DNA of 64,000 nt, taken from Thalia democratica (Eukaryota). Shown in pieces: positions 49,822 to 63,609 of the stretch; within the stretch, counting starts at the first letter, position 1; every line of letters begins with the position of its first letter. The notes beneath the pieces are model-generated. The model was not told where the DNA came from and did not search any database. It worked only from the letters and a program-made list of their open reading frames with translations. The position numbers and the translations under genes were made by a program. The stretch is from assembly GCA_965202585.1 (NCBI GenBank), contig OZ241834.1:29822001-29886000 (forward strand). Reading direction: 5' to 3'.

Positions 49822-51136
49822 TTATGTGTCGAAACCATCGTGTGATGAGATGAAGCTTGAAAAGTTTTTCAAACTAAAGAAAGTAACAAAACATTTCCGC
49901 AAGCTTCCATTGGAATTAGTTTCACTTGGAGCGTCGTTGGGTTGCTGATTTTTCTCTGGTTTCGAATCACCTGGTTGGTGAACATTAGTAGCTGGTTGCA
50001 TTTTATTCACTGGTTTCAAATCATCTGGTTGGTGAACATTAGTAGCTGGTTGCTTTTTATTCACTGGTTTCAAATCATCTGGTTGGTGAACATTAGTAGC
50101 TGGTAGTTGTTTTTTATTCAATGGTTTCGAATCATCTGGTTGATGAACATTAGTAGCTGGTTGCATTTTATTCACTGGTTTCAAATCATCTGGTTGGTGA
50201 ACATTAGTAGCTGGTTGCTGATTTTTCTCTGGTTTCGAATCACCTGGTTGGTGAACATTAGTAGCTGGTTGCATTTTATTCACTGGTTTCAAATCATCTG
50301 GTTGGTGAACATTAGTAGCTGGTTGCTTTTTATTCACTGGTTTCAAATCATCTGGTTGGTGAACATTAGTAGCTGGTTGCTTTTTATTCACTGGTTTCAA
50401 ATCATCTGGTTGGTGAACATTAGTAGCTGGTTGCTGATTTTTCTCTGGTTTCGAATCACCTGGTTGGTGAACATTAGTAGCTGGTTGCATTTTATTCACT
50501 GGTTTCAAATCATCTGGTTGGTGAACATTAGTAGCTGGTTGCTGATTTTTCTCTGGTTTCGAATCACCTGGTTGGTGAACATTAGTAGCTGGTTGCATTT
50601 TATTCACTGGTTTCAAATCATCTGGTTGGTGAACATTAGTAGCTGGTTGCTTTTTATTCACTGGTTTCAAATCATCTGGTTGGTGAACATTAGTAGCTGG
50701 TTGCTTTTTATTCACTGGTTTCAAATCATCTGGTTGGTGAACATTAGTAGCTGGTTGCTGATTTTTCTCTGGTTTCGAATCACCTGGTTGGTGAACATTA
50801 GTAGCTGGTTGCATTTTATTCACTGGTTTCAAATCGCCTGGTTGGTGAACATTAGTAGCTGGTAGTTGTTTTTTTGTTTACTGGTTGATTTGGTGAGTCC
50901 CTTTGCTGAATTGATGGCGTTTTCGTTTGTAGATCTGAAAAAAAACTTTTCGTGTCCGATGGGTCGCTTGAACTTTCCTCAACGTCTGAAATGGATTCCG
51001 CATCGGCTGATTGTCTTGTCGCGTGCGGAATGAAAATGCCGTTGCTAATTAGCTCTCGTTTGGAAGGTGCGCACATTACATGTTCGACATTTTCAGGTCG
51101 TCGCTGTCGATATATTGGTTGATTTTGCAAGCTCAT
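49822..51136 (-). pseudogene. Cassette gene A, right copy: would encode 437 aa but for one extra A in an A7 run
   Basis: ATG 51136 (MSLQNQPIY...). The T7 run at 50869-50875 shifts the frame; downstream is the 336-aa open repeat ORF ending SNGSLRKCFVTFFSL...FDT*. Span 1315 nt = 438 codons + 1. Confidence 0.65.
49942..50863 (-). repeat. Coding-frame VNTR, 54-nt (18-aa) unit x17 with higher-order structure
   Basis: PATNVHQP(DDL/GDS)KP(VNKK/VNKM/EKNQ)Q units; 17 here versus 5 in the left arm. Confidence 0.95.
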
Positions 51137-54100
51137 CTCGCAAGACTTAAGAGCAAAAATTGTAAACGTTTAAAATTTTACTGTAAGGTTTATAATATCT
51201 AACTAAACACCGCTGATTTAATAAATAAAGCAAATAATTATGTGCTATTCGGTTTTTGTTTTAGCTTAAAACTTAGCTTCCAGTATTTGTGTTAATATTG
51301 TTTACACTAAAGTAAGCTTATACTAAATGCTTTATAAACTAAACTTTTATCTCTTTTTCTTAACATTTTGAGTCAACATTTTTATTCATAGCTAAGCTAT
51401 GAAACTTTACTCTATCATAAATATAACAACTATATATGGTTGACAACAACATAAGTTAAAAAATATTTATTAAAGTTTAATTTATATTAATTTTGTGTAG
51501 TTAAAAATATGTCAAATTAAAACTTTTAGTTTTTGGAACTTGGACGTTTTAAGCTGTTTTGTAATTTTAGGAAAGAAAATTAAGAGTTACTAGAGAAAAA
51601 ATAAGAGAATCAAAATTACGACAACATTTAATCATAAAAAGTTGTTTAGTAATGTAGTTTTGTATAACATTTAAAGCTGAGATGTAAAAATGCATGAAAT
51701 TTAGTTTTAAAATAGGAAGTATTATACAATTGTACTTATTTACTACACACTAAGTTATATTATTTTGATAAGAAATTAAAGTAATGACTAAACAATATCA
51801 TGATTACATTAAAATAACTTTGTCTATTTATTTTACTTGAAGTTTCTAAACAAAGTAAAGAATTTAAACGAGCAAGCAAAGTTCAACAATTGTTATAAAA
51901 TCTAAAACTTAGTATTTCAACGCTTGCATATCTGTAAACTATGTAAAATAACTTGATCACTTTTAGAACCGCTTAATCATAGTACGAGAGCGTTTTAGAC
52001 TTTGTATTTATTTCTAACTTTTAGATAATAACTTGAAAAAAAATCTATTGTCAAATTGTTTTTGTTGGTTTTATTTAAAATAAAACTAACAAAACTAAAA
52101 CATAAAACTTTACTGTTAAATTTTTTTTCTCAGGTTTTAACTTTATCTTAAAACTGGATACGCATACAAATTTATTAATAACTTAAGAACATATAAAAAA
52201 ACTATATATTGTATATAGTATATGAATGTAGATACACTTAAAAGCATTTTAATGGAAAATTTTAAGTAGGACGTATACATTTTTAAAGTATAGAATTATT
52301 TTATTACAAAGTTTTTGTGTAATGTTATTTAATGATACTGTGAAAACGCATAAGATTCTTTTTAATATAAAGTAAAAACCTAAGAGTAAAAAAGTAAGGA
52401 AGTGAACTTTGGTAAAAAAGTTTAACTATTGTTTTGGTGAAAACGAACATTTTATTAAGTTAGTTCTGTTTTTTGCGTAACTTTTTCTTAGGGATCATTT
52501 TTAAGCTCGCTTTTTTGTTTTTAAAGAACCACTTTATTATTTTTTAAGAATTAAAAATTAAATAATTGTTAAGCTAAAATGTAAGTTTCAGTAAAGCACA
52601 CAGCTAATATATTTTCCAACTGAAATAAACAAAGAACCTTAATATTATTTTAGAAAAATAATAAACTTATAGTGGTACATGTTATAAAACAATCTTTGTA
52701 AAACATCTTTTTGAAGCACCAAAGAGTAAGGTGCTACTTTTTCTTTAGCAAACAACTACATTTCTAATTTTAAGATTTAAATTTGCTTCTTATTGACACT
52801 TAAATAAACTGCTATTTGTTTAAACAAACATTATACTTGTTAGCTGTGAATGAAAAACATTAACCTAATTTCAGAAAAGCAAACTATTAAAATCTTTAAG
52901 CATAATTGATAACTTTTTTCAGTAAACACTACTTGGCAGTTTATGTTTGTTTTATTAATCTACGGTTATTATCTTTTTTAATTTAAAGAAAGTTCTCTAT
53001 TTACTTTTAAGAAGAGCTTACAACAGATAAAGCAAACAATTGATACATTGACAACTTGTTTTAATAAAAGATAAAATAAGAAACTTTAAACATTTATAAA
53101 ACTTTTTTTTTACGTCAACTATACTATTATAATCATTTTTAATTTCTTAATAGCTTTATTTCGGTAACCTTTTACTAAATTATATTTTTCATTGCACGTT
53201 AGAAGCTCCATTTTTATTTTAATTAAACAAAAATATTCATTTTTTGTAAAAACTAAAATATAAATCTTAAAATAAATTTCACACATAAAAATATTATTTT
53301 TCTACAATAAACTTATTGAAAGGAGTATTAAAACTTGGTAAAATGTATAAAGTATAAAGCGCTTTATAAGTCAAAATTACATATTAAGACAAAGTTATTT
53401 TGTGTGTTAAGTAAGTTAAAACATAAGCAGTACAATGGTCAGTTTACGTTTTATTAAGTTACGAGAATCATTTTTAGGTTTAAATAAACGATTGTAAAAG
53501 TTTGATATAAATTTAAAAACAATATTTGTTTTTTAAGACACTTGAACTGATTTTAATAGAAAAAAAACTTTTAATCTAAAACAATTAAGTAAAACTTTAT
53601 AACATATAACTTATCTTTTAGATTTATTTGGTTTTTATTCAAATTAAAAGTAAAGTTTAGGCATCTTTATTAGTTTACTGTTAAACATAACACTTATCTA
53701 CAACTGTATTTTGTTTTTATATGTTTTTATGAAGTAAAGAAAATGCGGCCGATGTTAACTAGGTATGAATAATTTTGATACTTTATAGTAATCTTTAATG
53801 ATAAATACCAGCTAGACGCAAAACTGAAATATCAAAGTTTTAAATGTAAACATTTTAATACTTAGCTTTTTCTTTGCAAACAATAGTTTATACATTAACT
53901 TACCATAACTTGTTTAGTCAAACAAAAATAACAAAAAAAAATTAGTCTAAGCTCGAAAACAATAAAAAAAAATTGATCATCCATTTTAAAAAAAGGCATT
54001 AAATACTGAGTCTATGAAAATAAATTTTACCCGGTTGATCTGTAGTCACTGTAACATATCCCATTCACCATATAATGATAGATTGGTTAAACTTGGATCG

Positions 54101-56766
54101 AGGTCTCTAGGTATAGAAGATGGGAGTTTGGTTTATTTATGCTTTATGAAATTATCAATGGCATATATAAGGCTTTTTTCAGTCAATTTTTTAGTTTTTC
54201 CCATAATAGATATCAATTAAGAGGAAATTACGATAAAAAAAAATATAAAAATAACTTTATGAACAGTCAGTGGCAAGGTTAATTTTTTTAAAGAGCAAAG
54301 ACTATGAAGTTACCACAGGATCATATAACGTTTCTGTGTCATTTTAATTTTCTTTTAATACTCAAAGTAACAATACTGTATAACTTCAGTATTTTTATAC
54401 TACTTAAGACAGTCTTTATACTAAAATAAACCGAAAAAGTTGTATTTTTAAAAACCTGGAAAAAAATCCCTATTAACCTTTGGCAATCCTGTATACAAGA
54501 CTTTAAAGTATAAATATTATTCAGTTTTAGAAACTAAAAAGAATTAAGTTTATGTATCACATGACATAGAAACTTTTGTAAAATTTTCCTTTAAAAAGTG
54601 TGTGTGGACCCAAGTTTTTTCATGTTTAATTTACTCAGAAATTTAAAATTTCCTAAAAAACTTATCTTCTTCTTCATTATATAAGGTATTTACTTCAAAA
54701 TTTCTGGAAATGTTTTTTGCATTATAAGAATAACTTTTTACTGCATTTGTAAGTTTTAATTAAGAAAACTACTAAAATCTCTTTTTTTATAAATCTTATA
54801 AAAAATAAAAAATTAATTTAACATAATTTTATGGTTTTTAATTTGTATGTAGTCAATGCTATTATACTAAAACAAGCTGAACTAAAAAAACTATCTTTAA
54901 AATATGGTTTGTTATTTCAAAAGTTTTATTTTAAATTTAACTAATTTTTATACTACCATAAGGAAAAAAAAAAATGTCTTAAGTTTTAGTATTCTTAACA
55001 AATTTCAGAAATCAGTTTAAAACTTTTGCTGAATATGTTTTTACCGAAAATATGACTGTGATTAGAATTGAAACTGTACTCTAATGTTTTTAGATAGTGT
55101 TTTTAACTCTTTAAAACGTTGTTTAAAAGAAGTTTAATTGATTTTTAAAATATTGTTGTATTTTTTTTTTAGTATAAATACTTTGTTTACTGTGCTTTTA
55201 TTTAGTTGATGATCGTTCATTATGAAAGGTTTCTGGAACGTCAGTTTAAAATAAAACTTTTGAAAACTCACTTTACATATGGTTTTAGTTTATTATTAAA
55301 CTAATAAATAACAAGTCATTGGAAAATTAAATAAATGCAATTTTTTAGTTTATAGTTAGATGTTTAAGTTAAAGTATAATTTTTGCTTTTTTCTTTTATA
55401 AAATAGCGTTTGGTGTTAACATTGTTAGGTATATATTTCATCGAGTAATTAAAATTATATTATGCAGCAACTTACAAACTTTAATTTACTTTGACAACTA
55501 ACGACACGAAAATAGCACTATCGAGCGCCAACCAACAGTCGTAGTGAAACTACGCGTTATGACGTCATAGAATATTGTCTTCATACAAGTTAATACTGAT
55601 TTGCAGCCACTGCAGCTAGTTCAAACCGTGTCGCGTTTGAAGTTTGTTTTTCGAACTGACGCGCTGCAGATAGGCTGCTTGAGTGTAAAGCTGTTTTTGC
55701 ATTTTGATTTAATAACTCAGACTCGTATTTTTAGATTTGTTTTTGTATTCATCTATAAAGAGTAAGTTTTTATTATGGCTAAGTGGCTGTATTCATAAAG
55801 CAAGGGTTTAATACAGTTTTACTATGTGAACTAGTATGTTTTTACTGATGACACTTTAAGTTGTAACTTTCTTATTTGAACATAAGATTCAGTTCCTTAT
55901 CAGATTAACTTTCGACTACCATTATAGACTTGCTTTTAAATGCTAGTACCGCTTGTTAGTTTTATATGGTGAAAAATAAGAACTAATACTAAAAAAGTGT
56001 AAAAACTTAAATTTTCAAATTATACAGTGCTAGCAATTTGATAATAGTAGGAGTTTTAATAATATACAATTCAAGTGTTTGAAAAAAATGGTAAGTTTTA
56101 AAAACTTCAGTTAAAAACCATATCTATTCAAAATATCTTTTTTATAAAATTAACTATGTAGTGATAAAAAAAACAACAATTGTGTTGTACAACACAAAGA
56201 ACAATACTGAATCGATATAAACTAAATAAAGACTTAGCTTTATTTTTAAAACATTAGATTTAGTCCAAAGCGTAACTTACGCTCGATAACAAAAACTTGA
56301 AAAAAACAAATTATAAAACTAAAATTGAGTAACTTTTGAGAAAAATGTTAGCTCGTGAAAAATTTAGTCAAACAAAGTTGATTACGATTCAAACCAAATC
56401 GATTTCTACGCTCTACGACTGTAAGCTAATCAATTAAATCATTAATTGCATTTATAATTACACTTTGTTAGCTCAAAGTCAGTGCATTCAAATAATTATA
56501 AGTTTACTACCCAACTACTTTTGAAATTATTTTTATATTTACTGATGATCAGACAAGCAAAAAAAAAAATTCTGTTTAGAAACAAAATGTACTGTTAATG
56601 GTAGAGAGATATGCATATGTTTGTTAGTTTAGTTCAGGTTTCCTCCAGGAGGTTTTTTGTTATCAGGTGGAATTAGTTTGCGAGGCGGAAACAAAGTAAA
56701 CAGGTGGCTGACTGGTGCAGGGGCGATATCTGACGAATGCGGGCGGAGTCCTTTTGTTGATGAGAC

Positions 56767-56983
56767 GGAAACTCCCCAATATTTGCTGAGTCAGCATAAA
56801 TAATTACAAAAATTTTATGTTTTAATTATTTTTTAATATGTTTGGGTATGGTGAGGTAGGTTTAAGGGTATAATAAAAAAAATAAAAATATTTTGGGTAA
56901 GGTTGGCTAGGGTAAAGGGTATAAATATTTTTAAAAATTAAAAAAAAATTATTGATTACTTAGCAAATACTAGGGGAAACACC
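56767..56983. mobile_element. Degenerate MITE-like element
   Basis: ggaaactccccaatatttgctgagt and tacttagcaaatactaggggaaacacc are imperfect inverted repeats. Internal gggtaagg/agggtaaaggg motifs as in the 29804 element. No TSD found. Confidence 0.4.
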
Positions 56984-58037
56984 TTTGCTTTAAAACCGGA
57001 CCCAACGCGGGCGATAACTAATATGGTTTGTGCCAAAGTCGAAGTTTACGAAACTGAGTTTGGGAAACTTTGGTTTGTTTATAGAACGTAGAAACAGTTA
57101 CCATGACGGTGAGAGTGAAAGTTTAGGATATTAGTTTTTTTTGAATAGGTTAAGCACATTTTTGAATACCATGTTTTTTTCTATTACGTTTATTTTGATA
57201 TCCTATATTAAGACTGTTTATAGCAAACTACGTTGAAAATACTAATTGTAACTTTCATTTGCTTGCAGTTTAAAAATCATTAAAAAGTATGATTAGTTTT
57301 GATATTTTTCAGTTTAATAAACTGTTTTTCGAAACTAAGGTATAATTTAAATGTACTGCTGTTTCGTAGTAGATGAAACTAAAAGTATCTACTCTAACTA
57401 TTAATTTATTACAATTTACAGGTCACAATTATAATTTTAAACACATCAGTTTTGACGTGTATGATAAATTAGTTTTATATGCAAATACTTATAAATGGAA
57501 AAAACTGCTATAAAAAGCAGTGGGGAAAGCGCGAAAAATTTTAAAGATTCGAAACAAGATAAGAAAATGTCAAACGCATTAGTGAGAGCCAATTGTGTTT
57601 TGTAAACTTTTAGATTTCAGTAAAAAATTAGTTTTGTTTCAGACTAGTCAAATAGTAAACTTGGTTTCGTTTTTATATTTATTATAATAAATTGCAATAT
57701 TTTTTTTTTTCAATCAATGTTTGCATATTTAATATCTTAATTGGTAAGTTGCAATCAAAAAAGCTCAACATGACATTTTCAATCACGTTTAAAGTTCTAT
57801 CATTCAATAATTTTTGCTATTTAACATTTTTTAATAAATAACGTTTTTAGCAACAAAAAATTTAATTTTAAAAGCTTTTTTTTCAAACAAACTTTTCAGC
57901 TTCCTGCGAAAAAAGCACACAACTTGTGCTTATTCTCGTTGGTCTCTTTTTTTTCGTTGCTCGGTCATAAATATTTAATTCACGGGTGCCTGCAAAAGCT
58001 CGCGTCAAAACAAACTTTGTTGTTTCAGAGCGAAGAA

Positions 58038-61000
58038 ATGACTTGTTTGGTGGAAAAGCGTCACGAGAATCCGAAAATATTCGGGACAAATCAACTGATC
58101 AGCGGTGACAGCTTGCTGGAAGAGTACGCCTGCTTCAAAACTGACAGTGAAAAGGTTAACGAAGTTTTTTAATTAAAAATAATTTGTTTTTTCAGTTTTC
58201 AACAGTTCAGTTAAAAGATGAATTTACATTTCTGGTGTTAAGATTTTCTGTTATCATTTTTTACTCGTTATATATGTAATTAATTTTGGAGTAATTGCAT
58301 TTATTGAGTCTAATTTTTTGGCAAAGTAGTGTTTTTTGTAAGTAGAGCAGTTATAAATGAGGCTTCATTTCACAAAGCAGTATTTTTTTCCCTTTAGTTC
58401 CTTAATACTAGCCGCACGATGATCCAAGTGTGAATAACGTTTGTATTTAGTACCTCTAAAATAAATAGAAAAATAATGTATTTGATAGTTATTTTGCATG
58501 CAAGTAAATCGAAAAGTTTATGCAAAATAATGAAATATGTATTGCACTGTTGATCAATTTAAAGATTTGTTTTACAGTACTATGACAGGTTGAAATAACA
58601 AAAACAAGACAAGACGTGACGTTTTACTTATATTTGAAAAAGTTTATAAACATTTAAAAGTCAAACAGTTAATTAATACAATTTTAATAAAAATGAAACT
58701 AAACTAAAATTTAGTATAAAAAAACTGTATGTAAAACATGAAAATAGATTCTACTAAGGTTAAAAATTAGAACGACATCATGTTTATAAACTGTTGGCAC
58801 AATATCAAAGTTCTTACTTCTATAATTTATTTTAAATATGTAGGAGCGACAAAACTCCAGGCTGGAAAATTTTATTGAAAGTTCCTTCTCCGATTACAGT
58901 GAAGACATAGAAAGCGAGGAAGACCAAAATGAAGAGGTTGAAATAAAAATATATTGGCTTATGACTGTGTCTAAGTTAGCTAATACTTATTAACTTTTGT
59001 TGCCTCAGTGTGTTTAATACAAGTTTCAAAGTAAGTAAGAATATTCGTTATTTGCTGATTGAAAATATACCTGGTAATTTATTTATTATTAAATAACGTT
59101 AGTTGTTTGTTTGATCATTATAAAATCATGTTTGCTTAAACAGTAAATCTAAGTGTCAATCTAATTATAACACAAGCTAACTTGAAAATTGCTATACTTT
59201 TGATTACTGAAAAAAAGAAACTTAGTAAGTTTTGTGTGTTTTTTATTGATTATATTAAACAACAACGATTTAGTAGATCAAAACTGAAAAGGCTTTTTCA
59301 ATTTTCAATTTTGTACCAGAAGACAGCTCCGCGGAAACTTCGCAAACCAATGGTTCTCTGTTAAACACAAAAGAAAAAGACAAAAAAGTTAGTCTACAGA
59401 TATCTCGAACTATCACTTTACAAAACTACACCATTAAAATATTGAAAATATAAGCTTGATAAAAGTTAGATATGTCAAATTATTAACTTTCATAGGTTGA
59501 AAAAAGTGGTAATGAAGAAGAGATATTTGATAGTGTCGTCGGAAAAAGCAAAAACTATTTATCTGCTATCGTCGAAGAAAGTTTTATCGACAATGAGGTA
59601 TAATAAATATAAACTTGTGTATTTTTTATTTAATAATGTTGATAACTTGTGTAAGTAAATAAAAGCAATTATTTTTTTTTTAGAAAAATTTGCAAAGATG
59701 TTTGGTTCATGTTTTTAAACATCTATAATTACTCATTATATATTAGTTTCGACACCTCTAAGACTACTTTAACTTAATTTTTTTTCTATAGTTATAAAAT
59801 ACTAATTAAACCATTATAAACAGGAAGATGTAACTGAAAGCAAAATTGACAATGAGTACGAAAAGCTCTTGGACAGATTGAGGCAAGAAAGATCGAAGTC
59901 GATTGGAAGCATAACCTTAAATCACAATGTGAGTTTCTAGTATTATCAAAATACTCTGAAATTTTATTTATTTATCTGTTGTATGTATTAGTATAAAAAT
60001 AACTTTCGATGTTTTAATGGTCTTATTTATTTTTTTTCCATAAAACAACTTGTGAAAATAAACGGCCAAAACTTATTTCAAAAATTCGAAAAATAAAAAT
60101 GTGCAAGTTTGATATTTTTACTACCAGGTTTCGGTTTTTAATTAAACTCTTTACATTTCAGTAAATCGAGCATTTTTTTATTTAAGACAAATAACAATAC
60201 AGTAACTAGTTTTGAAATAAAATTAATGAAATCCGTCGACCTATCAGTTTATGACATTTATGAATTTTAAACTTTAAGAACCTAGAGAACCCAGTACAAA
60301 TCAATAACATTTTCTATTCTTTAATATCTTTAAGAACCTGGAGACGACAATGAAGAACAGCCATAGTTCCCTGAACCTCGAAAGTTTGTCTCGAAGGAAC
60401 AGCGAACCGGCTGGCTTGTTCAGCGAACCGGAAAACAACAACTACCAGGTTTGTAGCTGGTTGTTGCAGTATAAATGGATATATAGTTAAATTACCACAC
60501 AAGTAAAAAAGTACCATTTGCTAATAAAATGGTTAATAAATTGATTTTTTATTTTAATTTTTTGTGAAACTTTAAAATAAGTTTTGTTCATTTTCAAACA
60601 AACTGTTAACAATTTTATTCATTTATAATACAAGTTTTATTATTAATCTAACAACACATAGTCGAAATTATTTATCAGTTTATAAAACAGTGTTCATTTT
60701 CTCTTAAACTAATATTATTAAGATATCCGATAAAGTTGATGATATATCACTGAATTCAGAAGATGATGCAAAGTTTTGCGAGAGCTTAGACAATGATGAC
60801 AATGCTTTATTTGAGAAAAATATCAGAAAAAACAAAAGAGTTTCCGAAGTTTCAATCACAGAATTTAACGAAGTCGGTTTTAAAACTTTAATTGTTTCTG
60901 GTCACATAAACAATTTATGCTTTTTTAATAATGTTAGTTAATATTAAAAGTTTCTTTTATCAACAGTTTAGAAATTAAAAAAAAAATGTATTACTATAAA

Positions 61001-63609
61001 ATCTTACTTTTTATGTGCTTAATTGTTTTAGTATTAGTCATATTAGCTCATTATCACCGTAAAGTATTTTATTAATATACATAAATCAACTTAGTTAGTC
61101 AACTACAAAGAAATAAAAAGTAAGATAACTTAATTTTTCATAGTCACATCTGTTTTACTTGGATGATTTAAACAATTTATTTAGGACTTAAAATAGTAAA
61201 GATATATAATGTAAAGCTTAATTGAAAAAATAAGGCTACTGACAATTAAACTTCGTCACTATGAAAATAAGCATGGCAATCTACTTCACATAAAACATAA
61301 CCACAAAAACTATTGCTTTAATTTCGTCGAGGTTAAACCAATTAAAATAAAACGCAAATTATTACGACATATATGTTCTAAAAGTATTCAAGTTATTTAT
61401 GATCATAATTGTCGACTGTGTGTTTTAGAACACTATTCTGAGCAAAATAAACGTTTTTTTTTGTTTTAAAGAAAAACTACTTCTTTAACTAGGTGTTTGT
61501 TTACAAGTTTTATTTTAAACTTGAAACTTTTATAAATGTCTTGAAGTTTTAATACAAATAGTATTATTATAATTTCTAAGCTAAAATTAGTAACATGCAA
61601 AAAGCATGAAAACATTTAATAATGTTAATACCTACTACGCAAATTATCAAAAACATTTTTTTAGTAGTTTTTACATTTTTGATTTTTTTTAATTCCACTA
61701 GATTTACTAATAGTAATTGTTTTTCAAAACTTTTGTCGAGATATAATACCGTTATTCAACTAAGATATGAATTAAAACAAAGCTACTAAATTGATGATTT
61801 TTCTTAAAATTACTTATGTTTATGTTCATTGAGAGTTTTAGTAAAATAACCGTCTGTTAAAAAAAATTTACATAATTTATTTTCTAACTTCACTGACTAA
61901 AAGCTACGAATTTTTTTGACATTGGTAGCATAAAAAGCTTGAAGTAGCCTCAACATTTCAGCAACTTTAAGAGTTTTTCTTAAATTTTTTTAATTTGCTA
62001 CTTAACTTATACTTAGTATATGAACAATAAAAAGTCAAAGTCTTAAAGCTTTTAAACTTCAAAAGCTGTTACAAGCTTTAAGCTTGAGTTTGTATTGATG
62101 CTGTTAAAGGTTTAAAAGATTTTTTTTAAATGTAGCTTTTATTATGCACCTTTTATATATCTTTGATTTGACTAAAACAGGCTCGTTGCTTGTATATATA
62201 AACTAATTATAATTAGTTTTTATAATGTTTATTGGGGAACTTAAATAAACACTGCACAAATATTGTTGTTATAATCAAAGTTAAACCTTGTTTTATAGAT
62301 AACTATTTTCAGAAACAAAGCAGTAAAAAGATAGTGTACACGTCATCAGATTACGAAAATACGAGCGAATCAGAAGCGAGCACACAATTTGTCTACATGG
62401 TTTGTTTTATTATTATTATTTGTGTAACTTGTTCTTTCAAGACTTTAATAAGTAAACTATAGAATTTATATCTACTTGAATAAGATTTTATTGTAAGTAT
62501 TGACGAGGTCTTTAACCAAAATTTAGTTTACTAACTAAAGTCTTGAAAAAATAAACTATACTTTTCTCTAGAAGTATAGATCTCTGTATTACACTACAAA
62601 GAATCTAAAAGTATGATATTATTTATATGTGTAATTTTGGGACTTACTAAAATTTTCTATTAAATTATGTTACGTCTAAAAAAGAATTATTTCTAAAGGT
62701 TTTTACAACGACATTGTTACTAGTTGTTTAGTGACGATAAACATACGTTATAAACTATTTACTTGGGAGCAAAAACAGAAGAATGCAAAATATTTTTGAA
62801 TCCTGTATTTATGCTTAATTCTTATAAATTTATCTTGTAAGTTTATAAAACAACTTATTCTTTAGTCAAACACTGATTTTAGGTATAATTAATTAACTGT
62901 ATACGTATTAGAACTAATCAACTTGTTATTTGTAATGGTACAGTTTGAAATGTTTTTATAGCTTAACCGCGAAACAGTTTAGAACAGTGTGTGTCAACTA
63001 AACATGATAATTTATAGAAACTGATTTTGAATGCTAAGAAATATATACTTTCCAAGGACTTTAACTTCTGTACAGCAAAATTTTCTTCTTTGCAAATATA
63101 AAATTGCTATCAAAAACTAGCGAGTATGATAAATAATTTATTTTAACGACATAATGGTCGAAATAAAGCTTGTTGACAAATGAAAAGTAAGCGTCTTTTG
63201 TGCAGAGTTCGAAAAGTAATAAAGTTTAAAATTTGTGCCTGTTTTGTAGGTTTTTGAAAAGCTAAAGTAGTAACAATTTTAAAAATATTTAGTTTGCAAA
63301 AGTTTTTTTACAAAAGAACTACAACTACAAGATAGATATAAACTGCCAAAAAAATGTTGATACTTGTCACTTGTGTACCGTACATTAGTTTGTTTTTATT
63401 AGTTTTATAGATCGTTGAAGAAAAACGTTTATCTTCAAACTATTTTCTATGAAGAAATCAGTTCATAATTTATTCACAATAAAAAAATAAATATTATAAA
63501 ATTGATTTTAATACAAAATATTTTATTTTGAATATAATTTAAACAGGAGCGGGCTACAGGGTGCTTTGAAAGACTGGTCAACCGATTGAGAGCAATGTTC
63601 AATTTCTAA
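58038..63609 (+). CDS. Orphan multi-exon gene, ~310-aa acidic Ser/Glu/Asp/Asn-rich protein, no recognisable domain
   Basis: Exons 58038-58154, 58844-58936, [59040-59073 uncertain], 59320-59387, 59496-59597, 59824-59928, 60335-60448, 60723-60872, 62313-62399, 63547-63609 (TAA). AG/GT boundaries and open frames throughout. The junction before 59320 needs phase 1 and is only tentatively resolved; the true start may lie further upstream. Confidence 0.7.

Larger units (their letters stand above)
35030..53730. repeat. Large inverted segmental duplication (interrupted palindrome): arms ~35030-43126 and ~45610-53730, spacer ~2.5 kb
   Basis: Collinear reverse-complement anchors: 42806/45965, 41904/46862, 40241/48477, 39159/49501, 38139/51136, 36061/~53207, ~35100/~53640. 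Introns and intergenic DNA also match. Outer edges are approximate; weak similarity may reach ~34860/53830. Confidence 0.95.

Noticed and set aside
49942-50863. Regular repeats resembling a CRISPR array
   Set aside because: Eukaryotic context, no unique spacers, and the period is an in-frame 18 aa.
50107-50865. 252-aa Trp-rich hydrophobic ORF on the + strand (also 38335-38574 on the - strand)
   Set aside because: Antisense reading of the 54-nt VNTR; stop-free only because the repeat unit lacks stops in that frame. No flanking gene context.
50869-50875. Programmed -1 frameshift at the A7 run
   Set aside because: The repeat frame is +1 relative to the upstream frame, and A7 is short for transcriptional slippage.
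56630-56800. GC-rich exon-like block (FPPGGFLLSGG...)
   Set aside because: Ends in a stop, abuts a MITE, and could not be linked in phase to the downstream gene.
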